From Planctomycetota bacterium (lineage in GTDB: Bacteria; Planctomycetota; UBA8742; SKZP01), in NCBI GenBank assembly GCA_050249295.1, contig JBFWQT010000002.1, positions 1 to 59,998 of the forward strand: a DNA stretch of 59,998 bases, read 5' to 3'. The notes under the pieces were generated by a model. That model saw nothing but the letters and a program-made list of their open reading frames with translations, ran no database searches and had not been told where the DNA came from. This document shows positions 25,214 to 32,866 of the stretch, one piece after another. The translations under genes and the position numbers were made by a program. Position 1 is the stretch's first letter. The number at the start of each line of letters is the position of its first letter.

Positions 25214-27664
25214 ATGTCAGACCTGTCTGCCAGTCGCATACTCATTGCCGAGGACAGCCGCACCCAGGCTTCGCGCCTGCGCATGGTGCTGGAGGACGCC
25301 GGCTACCACGCCACCGTGGCCGAGACCGGCGAGAGTGCGCTGGAGCTGTTGCAGCAGCAGGCGTTCGACCTGCTGGTCAGCGATGTCCAGATGCCGGGCA
25401 TGAGCGGCTTCGAGCTGTGCCGCGTGGTGAAGGCATCCCGCACGACCGCCGGCATGCCCGTGATGCTGCTGACCGCGCTGCGCGATCCGGTGGACATCGT
25501 CAACGGGCTCTCGGCCGGGGCCGACAACTTCATCACCAAGCCGTTCAACGAGGTCGAGCTGTTGCGGCGCGTGTCGATGCTGCTGGCGAGTCGCGACGCA
25601 TCGCCGGGCGACCTGCGGCTGGCCACCGAGGTGAAGTTCGCCGGTCGCCAGTTCACGATCACGGCCGAGAAGCAGCAGATCGTCAACCTGCTGGTCTCGA
25701 CCTTCGAGGAGATTGTCAGCGCCAACGCCGAGATCGAACAGCAGCGCAACGCACTGCGCGAGGCCAACGATCGTGTCGAGGAGTACGCGCGGCGTCTCGC
25801 CAGCGATTCCGACGGTACCTGGCGCAACCTGCTGCAGACCGCCAGCGACGGCATCCTGATGGTCGACGGCGGCGGGCAGATCAGCGAGGCCAACAGCCGG
25901 GCGTTCGAGATTCTCGGCCGACGCCCCGACGAACTGCTCGGGCAGCGGCTCGACGATTTCCGCGTCGAGTCAGCCGCGGACTCGTCCGACTGGTTCGAGC
26001 CGCCGGCGCTGTCCGACGGACACGGCATCGAGACGCTCGGCGAGCTGACGATCGAACGCGGCGACGCGCGCACGATCCGCCTCGAAGTCACGTCCGGACG
26101 GCTGCAGGAAGACACACGCCAGGTGCGGATCACGATCATCCGCGACATCACCGAGCGCCACCGCCAGACCCGCCGGCTGCGCCAGGTGATCGATGCCGTC
26201 ACCGACTCGATCCTGATTGTCGACGACAGCATGCGCATCGTGCAGTGCAACGAAGAGGCACGGCTGGTGCTCACGCCCGCCTCCGGCATCCTGCACGGCA
26301 GCGACCTGCGCCGCATCCTGACCGAACCGGACGGCAGTCCGCTCGCCGACGACGCGGCACCGGCACGCAATCGTCACGTGCTGGCCTCGGTGGATGGCGC
26401 CGACCCGCTGGACATGGAGATGAACACCGGACCGCTGACGCTCGACGACGTCGAGTACCGCGTGTGCATCCTGCGCGACATCACCGAGCGTCTGCGCAGC
26501 GAGCAGCGCGCCCGCCAGGCGCAGAAGCTCGAGGCGATCGGCCGGCTCGCCGGCGGGGTCGCGCACGACTTCAACAACCTGCTGACCGTCATCAACGGCT
26601 ACGCCGACGCGCTGCTGCGCGACATCCAGCCGGATGACGAGCGCTACCAGAGCGTGATCCAGATCCGCCGGGCGGGCGACAGTGCCGCGGCGATGACGCG
26701 TCAGCTGTTGTCCGTCGGGCAGCGTGACACCTCGCGCCCTGAGGTGACCGGACTGAACGCGATCATCGATTCGCTGCAGGGCACGCTGCGCCGCTTGCTG
26801 GGCGACCAGAACCGGCTCGACCTGCGGCTCTCGGACGGGCCCGCCCTCGTGCGCGTCGACCGCAGCCATGTCGAGCAGGTGCTGCTCAATCTGGTCGTCA
26901 ACGCGCGCGACGCAATGCCCGGCGGCGGCGTCGTGATGATCGAGACGTCCGACATCCGGCTCGGCGCCGGGAAGGTCGCCGGGATGCCGAACCTGCAGCC
27001 GGGCAACTACGCGCGCCTGGTGGTCAGCGATACCGGCCTCGGCATGGACGCACAAACGCAGCGCCACGTGTTCGAGCCGTTCTTCACCACCAAACAGCCC
27101 GGTTCCGGTTCCGGCACCGGACTCGGTCTGGCCACCGTGCACAGCCTGGTTGATCGCGCCGGCGGCGCCGTGAACCTGTACTCCGAACCCGGCAAGGGCA
27201 CCGCGTTCCACATCTATCTGCCGCTGGTCGAGGACAGCCCGCGCGTTGAACCGGCGCTCCCGGCGGCCCCCGTGCCCGACTCCGCGCCGATCGCAGCACC
27301 GGCCGATACCACCATCCTGGTCGCGGACGACAACGATGCGGTCCGCATGGTGACGGTGATGCTGCTCGAGGATGCGGGCTACAACGTGCTGGTGGCGAGC
27401 GACGGCGAAGAGGCGATCCGCATCATCCGCGAACACCCGGGCCAGCTCGATCTGGTCGTCACCGACGTCGTGATGCCGCACATCAGCGGCCGCGAGTTGG
27501 CAAACCAGTTGCGAGCGATCCGGCCCGGCGTGCCCGTGATGTTCATGTCCGGCTACACCGAGCGCGGCGCCGTGCAGAACGGCACGATCGACGAGGGGTT
27601 CCGCTACCTCCAGAAGCCGTTCGCCGTCGGCGAACTACTCGACGCCGTCCGCGCGGCACTCTGA
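25214..27664 (+). CDS. Hybrid sensor histidine kinase: REC-PAS-PAS-HisKA-HATPase-REC
   Basis: N-terminal REC ILIAEDSRTQ..DLLVSDVQMPGMSG. Two PAS-like blocks (DGILMVDGGGQISEAN; DSILIVDDSMRIVQCN). H box GGVAHDFNNLLTVINGY; N box LLNLVVNARDAMP; G1 VSDTGLGMD; G2 GSGTGLGLATV. C-terminal REC ILVADDNDAV..DLVVTDVVMPHISG. Confidence 0.9.
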   Translation: MSDLSASRILIAEDSRTQASRLRMVLEDAGYHATVAETGESALELLQQQAFDLLVSDVQMPGMSGFELCRVVKASRTTAGMPVMLLTALRDPVDIVNGLSAGADNFITKPFNEVELLRRVSMLLASRDASPGDLRLATEVKFAGRQFTITAEKQQIVNLLVSTFEEIVSANAEIEQQRNALREANDRVEEYARRLASDSDGTWRNLLQTASDGILMVDGGGQISEANSRAFEILGRRPDELLGQRLDDFRVESAADSSDWFEPPALSDGHGIETLGELTIERGDARTIRLEVTSGRLQEDTRQVRITIIRDITERHRQTRRLRQVIDAVTDSILIVDDSMRIVQCNEEARLVLTPASGILHGSDLRRILTEPDGSPLADDAAPARNRHVLASVDGADPLDMEMNTGPLTLDDVEYRVCILRDITERLRSEQRARQAQKLEAIGRLAGGVAHDFNNLLTVINGYADALLRDIQPDDERYQSVIQIRRAGDSAAAMTRQLLSVGQRDTSRPEVTGLNAIIDSLQGTLRRLLGDQNRLDLRLSDGPALVRVDRSHVEQVLLNLVVNARDAMPGGGVVMIETSDIRLGAGKVAGMPNLQPGNYARLVVSDTGLGMDAQTQRHVFEPFFTTKQPGSGSGTGLGLATVHSLVDRAGGAVNLYSEPGKGTAFHIYLPLVEDSPRVEPALPAAPVPDSAPIAAPADTTILVADDNDAVRMVTVMLLEDAGYNVLVASDGEEAIRIIREHPGQLDLVVTDVVMPHISGRELANQLRAIRPGVPVMFMSGYTERGAVQNGTIDEGFRYLQKPFAVGELLDAVRAAL

Positions 27665-27799
27665 GCCGGCATGCAGACTCGCGGCTCTGACCATTGTCTG
27701 TGCCGTTGCAATGGGGGTTGCGTTGCACAGATCTGATTGCGATCACGCCTCTACAACCCAACGCGTTTCCCGGTCGTCTGCCTTCCCCGGCCCGCCGAC

Positions 27800-28711
27800 A
27801 TGCATGCTACCGACTCATCCGCGGTCCTCCCGTCGTATTCCGGCCACGACCCGCAGCAACCACAAGACGCGGCAAGCTCGCGTCTGCGGCCGATGCCGTT
27901 GATGATCGAGCCGGGCTCGCGGATCGGCACGTACGAAGTGATCGCGCATCTGCGCGAGAACGCGGCCGGCGCCACGTGGCTTGCCAGGCACACCGGAAGC
28001 GGCCTCGAGGTCGAGGTGCGACTCTTGCCGGTCGAGCGTGATGACCTCACGGCCCGCCGACTGCAGCGCGAGGTCGAGGCACTGATGGCGGTGCGCCACC
28101 CGGGGATCGTACGCGTCTGGGCGTTCGGCCGTGAGCGGGGCCACGACTACATCGTCATGGAACACGTCATCGGCATGTCGCTCGGCTACTGGCTCGGCCA
28201 GCTCGGCAAGCTGCGCGTGGCCGACGCGGTGCAGGTGCACGTGCATCTGCTCAAGGCGCTGAGCGATCTGCACCGCCGTGGTCTGGTGCATCGCGACGTG
28301 AACCCCGAGGCCGTGGTGCTCTCGGAAGACGGCCGGACCGTGCTGCGCGACCTGTTGATGGCGCGCACCGAGATCGGCGACGGCGAAGGCACCCTGCTCG
28401 ACGACGACGAGCTCACGACCGGCCTGTACAAGGCGCCGGAACAGATTGACGGCGGCGCCGATGCGCGCAGCGACCTCTATTCGGTCGGCGTGTCGCTGTA
28501 CCACTGTGTGAGCGGCCGGCTGCCGTTCGATGGTGCCGGCTCGGTGGCGGTGCTGGCGCGTTGCGAGTCACCGGCGATCCCGCTCTCGGTGTCGCTGCCC
28601 GGTGTGAGCCCGCTGCTGGAGCAGGCGGTGATGCGGTTGCTCGAGCGGGATCCGGACAAGCGCTTTTCCAGCACCGACGAGGCGATCGCCGCGCTGTCGC
28701 GTTCGCTGTAG
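27800..28711 (+). CDS. Hanks-kinase-fold protein lacking key catalytic residues (predicted pseudokinase)
   Basis: ORF 27737..28711(+) has a TTG start; ATG candidates are 27800, 27893 and 27902. The fold is recognisable (REVEALMAVRHPGIV, YKAPEQ, DLYSVGVSLY, DPDKRF). Catalytic positions are altered: VEVRLL instead of VAIK, HRDVNPEA instead of HRDLKPxN, RDLLMA instead of DFG, and no GxGxxG. Confidence 0.7.
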   Translation: MHATDSSAVLPSYSGHDPQQPQDAASSRLRPMPLMIEPGSRIGTYEVIAHLRENAAGATWLARHTGSGLEVEVRLLPVERDDLTARRLQREVEALMAVRHPGIVRVWAFGRERGHDYIVMEHVIGMSLGYWLGQLGKLRVADAVQVHVHLLKALSDLHRRGLVHRDVNPEAVVLSEDGRTVLRDLLMARTEIGDGEGTLLDDDELTTGLYKAPEQIDGGADARSDLYSVGVSLYHCVSGRLPFDGAGSVAVLARCESPAIPLSVSLPGVSPLLEQAVMRLLERDPDKRFSSTDEAIAALSRSL

Positions 28712-28881
28712 TCGTGCGGACGCGGCAGATGCGCACGCGCAGCAAGAAAGGCGTGACCGAGCGGAGGATGTCTGGCATACTTGTATCGCTCATATACTCC
28801 CCTTACGTCTTGCGCTGACCGGGACGGCAACCGCAACCGCAAAGTGCCTGCCTGAATCGCATGCGAGTGGGAGGTAGAGGC

Positions 28882-31800
28882 ATGAGGGGATACGCACTGG
28901 CTGCAGCTGGTTTGCCGCTGTTGTTGCTGCTGCATTCTTGCTCCTCCGCCCCGGCACACCCGACTGCCGACCCTGATCCGGAAACGCACACCGTTCGGGA
29001 GCGCAACTGGACGCCGACTCCGCGCGAGAGTTGCGAAGAGGTCGCTGCGGACCTTGCTTCACCAGATGCGACCGTCCGATCCACCGCACTACAGCGGCTG
29101 GCGTGTCGTGGCGACGAGGGCGTGCCGTACCTGGTGGCCGCGCTGGACAGCCCGCTCAGCGACGTTCGCGACTCGGCGGCGTTGTGGCTGGAGCACGCGA
29201 CGCCGCCGTTCAACAGAGTGCCGTCCATGTGGAACGGGCGGTTTGATGACCTTTCCGTCACGCCGGGTTGTGCGCAGCCGTTGCTGATCCAGCGCGTCCG
29301 GAGCCACGCTGATCCGGTCGCTCGCTGTCGATCGGCGGAGATCCTGGCGGCGCTGCACGAGAAGTTGGCACCAGACGCCGTCGTCGAACTGCAGCAGGCC
29401 CTTGCAGACCCCGACCCTTCGGTCTGTGTGGCTGTCATGTCGGCCCTGCGAGGTACCACTCTGTCGGCCGCCGTTGTGCAACGCCTGACCCGACGAACTG
29501 AAGCAGAGGTCTGCCTGTCGGTGCTTGCCAACCTCGGGGAGGGGGAGACATGCGCCGCTCTTCCAGAACGGGAGATGAGCGCGTTCATCGCACGCTGCCA
29601 GCAGCACGCCGATGCGACGGTCAGACGTGCGGCTTCGGCCAGGCTTGCGTTGGCCTCCGCCACCGACTCGCTCGCCCGTGTTCTTCGCCACCATCCGGGT
29701 GGACTCGAACCAGCCCTGCGGCGGATCGCCGGGATGGGGCCGAACGCGGCAGCGGTTGTGTCCGACGTGATCCAGCTTGTCTCGCCCGGCGCTGGCGTGT
29801 CGGTCTGCCAACTCGCGATTGAAGCGCTGGGTCGCATCGGATCCACCGGGCAGGACGCAGATGCTGTTCGTGCTCTGGTCCCGTTGCTCTTCCAACTCAA
29901 CTCGGAGGCCGACCGCACGACCTGTTGCGCGGCTGCGCAGGCACTTGGCGTGGTGGGTGCCGGGCTTCGGGACGTAGCGGTGCCAGAGTTGTGCAAGTTG
30001 CTCGCCGCGGCAACCGACCTGCGCCGGGCTGATGCTCGCCCGGCCCGTGAAGCAGCCAGGGCACTGGCCCAGCTCCGTGACCCGCGAGCGATCCCGGCCC
30101 TGATCGCCAGCGCCAACGCGGATGTCGACGCCGCGATGGAAGCGCTGGGGCGCTTCCCCGACGATCCACGTGTGCCGGCCGTGCTCGCTGGCATCCTCAA
30201 TCGATGGCACGAGCGGCCGTTGTCACAGGTGCCGCTGGGTCCCGAGGGCCTCGACCAACCGGTTCCACTGGGTGGTGCGATGCAGGCCGCCTGCCTTGTA
30301 GCCCCGCGCGCTGGCGCGCTGATGGCAGCCGCGCTGGCCGACTGGATCCTGCACCGCAAGCTGGATTGGGAGTGGACCAAGCGAAACCCGGCGTGGGCGA
30401 GCCTCCGGAGTTGCGACAACGCGGCGATGGCACTGGCGCTCTATGGCCCGTCGGCGTTGAGCGCTGTGGTCGATCGCCTGGATGCCATCGCGAAAGCGAA
30501 GGACTCCAACTCCGTCGGGGCGCGTCGCCTGTTCGCGTGGGTTCTCGCGCGCACGGGTACGGCGGACCCGGCCAGTGCCTGGCAGTGGCTGTCTGCACTC
30601 GCGCAGGATCCCGAGGCCGAGGTGCGCTACGGTGCGATCTACTCGATCGTCGGCGCCACGTGGTGTGCAGACCGCGCGGCTGCCGTGTTGGAGAAGGCCG
30701 TCCGGGACGATCCGGATCTCGACGTTCGGCTCGTAGCCATCCGCTGGTTTGCGGAACACGCACGTGACCAGCTGCCAAAGGTGTTGGCACCGCTGCGCGA
30801 CGACGCGCGCAAGCTGGCCAGCGATCCCGACCCTGAAGCAGGCGCGGGCGACAGCCTGGAGGACCTCGCAAGACAACTGACCCGCATCGGCGATGGCGGC
30901 TTCCTGATCGAGTTGCTCGAGGGGGCGCGACCTTCCAACCGCCGCTTCATCCTGCGCGGGATGTCGCAGTACGGCCTTCCCGCCGACGTGATCAAGCCCG
31001 CTGTCGATACGCACGGTGCGCGGCTCGCCAAACTCATCCGGGCACATGCGACGGATGCCGGGGAGTGGCTTGCCGTGGTCGACGCATGGAACTTCGCGCT
31101 GAACCTGGAATCCACTGTCAACTACCGGCTCGCCGACCGTGCGGCGGCAGGCGACGCGTCTGCTCGTGACGAGTTCGAGCGACTCGCCACCCTGCTGTCG
31201 CCACTGATAGAGGCCGTCAAGGCTTGTGCAGGGACACGTAGCGGGCGGGGTGGCGACAGCTACCAGTCAAGGGATGGGGGATCCGTCAGCCGCCTGGTTG
31301 CAGCGAGCGCGATGGGATCGTTCGGTCCGTGGGCGCCCGCAGACTGGATCCTCGATCACAGCGACGAGTTCTATGCCGCTGACCAGTGGAGTTGGCCCGA
31401 GGCGGTTATCCTGGGCCGCCTGGAGCATCTCGATGTTCCCGGCCAGCGCGACGAATGGCTGGCAGTGTTGTCGCACAGGCGTGTCACGGCGGCATCGCTG
31501 CCCGTTGTCGAACGGGCTCTGGGCGAGAGCACGTCGATGGAGGACGTGTGGAAGTGTCTGGTGTGGATCGACTGCGACACCCGGCTGATCGCCCCGCTTC
31601 TGGACCGCTTCGGGGGCGAGCCCGACAAGCACCGCGATCTTGTGGCGGCAACGATTCTCGCCGTGCGGGCGCGCCTCGGCCCCGCCGAACATGCGAGATC
31701 CATCGCCACGCTGCTCGAGTGGCTCCGTGACGGCGATGCTCAGGCCGCCGGCGCCGCATCCGCTGCGCTACGTTGGATTGACACCCGTTCGCCGGCGGTC

Positions 31801-32112
31801 CAGGCGCAACTGCTGGAGGCGTTCCGGCACGGCAACGTGTCGACGATGCGTGCCCTCGCCCAACCTCTGCTCACCTCCAACCACCCGGGACCACCTTCGC
31901 AAGAAGCTGGCGACGCCGTCATGGAAGCCATCGAAGCGCATGCCCACCTTCCGATACGGTGGGACAGCTACTTTCACCACGACTCGTTCGACACGTCCCT
32001 TGTCCGCTGGGCTGCAGACTCACCGATCAACCGTGGGCGCCTCGCAGCCCGATTCCTTGGGACGCATGCGTGGATGAGCACCGACCTGCAGCCACCCTCG
32101 TTCCACCGGTGA
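28882..32112 (+). CDS. HEAT/armadillo-type repeat protein with a signal or lipoprotein-like N-terminus
   Basis: ORF 28861..32112(+). GGAGG at 28869-28873 favours ATG 28882 (MRGYALAAAGLPLLLLLHSCSS). Repeated HEAT-like units: VRSTALQRLACRGDEGVPYLVAALDSPLSDVRDSAALWL, DPVARCRSAEILAAL, DPDPSVCVAVMSAL, DPEAEVRYGAIYSI, DPDLDVRLVAIRWF. Confidence 0.75.
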   Translation: MRGYALAAAGLPLLLLLHSCSSAPAHPTADPDPETHTVRERNWTPTPRESCEEVAADLASPDATVRSTALQRLACRGDEGVPYLVAALDSPLSDVRDSAALWLEHATPPFNRVPSMWNGRFDDLSVTPGCAQPLLIQRVRSHADPVARCRSAEILAALHEKLAPDAVVELQQALADPDPSVCVAVMSALRGTTLSAAVVQRLTRRTEAEVCLSVLANLGEGETCAALPEREMSAFIARCQQHADATVRRAASARLALASATDSLARVLRHHPGGLEPALRRIAGMGPNAAAVVSDVIQLVSPGAGVSVCQLAIEALGRIGSTGQDADAVRALVPLLFQLNSEADRTTCCAAAQALGVVGAGLRDVAVPELCKLLAAATDLRRADARPAREAARALAQLRDPRAIPALIASANADVDAAMEALGRFPDDPRVPAVLAGILNRWHERPLSQVPLGPEGLDQPVPLGGAMQAACLVAPRAGALMAAALADWILHRKLDWEWTKRNPAWASLRSCDNAAMALALYGPSALSAVVDRLDAIAKAKDSNSVGARRLFAWVLARTGTADPASAWQWLSALAQDPEAEVRYGAIYSIVGATWCADRAAAVLEKAVRDDPDLDVRLVAIRWFAEHARDQLPKVLAPLRDDARKLASDPDPEAGAGDSLEDLARQLTRIGDGGFLIELLEGARPSNRRFILRGMSQYGLPADVIKPAVDTHGARLAKLIRAHATDAGEWLAVVDAWNFALNLESTVNYRLADRAAAGDASARDEFERLATLLSPLIEAVKACAGTRSGRGGDSYQSRDGGSVSRLVAASAMGSFGPWAPADWILDHSDEFYAADQWSWPEAVILGRLEHLDVPGQRDEWLAVLSHRRVTAASLPVVERALGESTSMEDVWKCLVWIDCDTRLIAPLLDRFGGEPDKHRDLVAATILAVRARLGPAEHARSIATLLEWLRDGDAQAAGAASAALRWIDTRSPAVQAQLLEAFRHGNVSTMRALAQPLLTSNHPGPPSQEAGDAVMEAIEAHAHLPIRWDSYFHHDSFDTSLVRWAADSPINRGRLAARFLGTHAWMSTDLQPPSFHR

Positions 32113-32194
32113 ACACCACGGCTTGCAATCGCGCTTTGTCGCGTTCGCTGTAGTCGGCCCAACGCTGGAAAACGCCAAATGGTGTGGTTTGGGC

Positions 32195-32223
32195 TTGACC
32201 CCCGTTGGTGGATCATTTAGCCT
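32195..32223 (+). promoter_or_regulatory. Candidate sigma70-type promoter for the 62-aa ORF
   Basis: TTGACC (32195-32200), 17 nt, TAGCCT (32218-32223). Matches TTGAC and TAnnnT only. Confidence 0.3.
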
Positions 32224-32344
32224 TCGTGTGTGCCGAAAGGCCCCAGGATGCAGTGTGTTGGTTGTGTGACCCGCCACAACTGGTGGGTTATGCAGACGTT
32301 CCCACCCGCAGCACGCAAACCGCCCGCACCACCCGGAGGTTCCT

Positions 32345-32533
32345 GTGGACACCCACCAGCTCTACGCCTACTGCACCATCAACAGCCTGCAGGTGGTTGA
32401 AACCGGCGTCTGCAACGGCAAGAGCGGCTATTGGTTCCGCAATGCGGTCACCGGCAAGGACATCTTCCGCAGCACGGCCGAAATGAAGGCCGAACTGGCG
32501 GAAGCGTCGGCGCGCCTCGCGGCCGTCAACTGA
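32345..32533 (+). CDS. Small hypothetical protein (62 aa)
   Basis: GTG start 5 nt after GGAGG (32335-32339). Strong GC3 codon bias and a balanced, non-Arg/Ala-biased composition: DTHQLYAYCTINSLQVVETGVCNGKSGYWFRNAVTGKDIFRSTAEMKAELAEASARLAAVN. I recognise no family. Confidence 0.55.
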   Translation: MDTHQLYAYCTINSLQVVETGVCNGKSGYWFRNAVTGKDIFRSTAEMKAELAEASARLAAVN

Positions 32534-32586
32534 TGGACTGATGCACGCGGCGTCGCGGCGTCGCGGCGAGTTCGACAGCGCTTGAC

Positions 32587-32615
32587 TTGACAGGATGCGG
32601 CAGGAATCGCATGAT
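32587..32615 (+). promoter_or_regulatory. Candidate sigma70-type promoter upstream of nusA
   Basis: TTGACA (32587-32592), 17 nt, CATGAT (32610-32615). Confidence 0.4.
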
Positions 32616-32694
32616 CCCCGCGTCAACTGCGTTGCACGCTGTTGACCGGCGGCAGCCCTCGCGGGCGGAGTCAACGGTCACGGTGGTTGCGGAC

Positions 32695-32727
32695 GGTGGG
32701 CGCCAGCAGGCGACCACCTTTTTGTTT
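32695..32727 (+). terminator. Intrinsic-terminator-like hairpin + U-tract in the nusA leader (or the terminator of the 62-aa ORF transcript)
   Basis: GGTGGGCGCC-AGCA-GGCGACCACC (9 bp + 1 G/A mismatch, tetraloop), followed by TTTTTGTTT (32719-32727). It lies 140 nt upstream of the nusA ATG. Confidence 0.6.
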
Positions 32728-32866
32728 GGGCCGCGCGCAACACGGACGCGCGAGCGCCCACGCAACGCAGGCCGCGCGGCTCATCCACAACGACAGTGCC
32801 AGGCCGACCGCCGCCGCTGATCCGTCAGCGCCAGCGTTGGCCACCGATCCGGGCAAGGCAGGAAAC

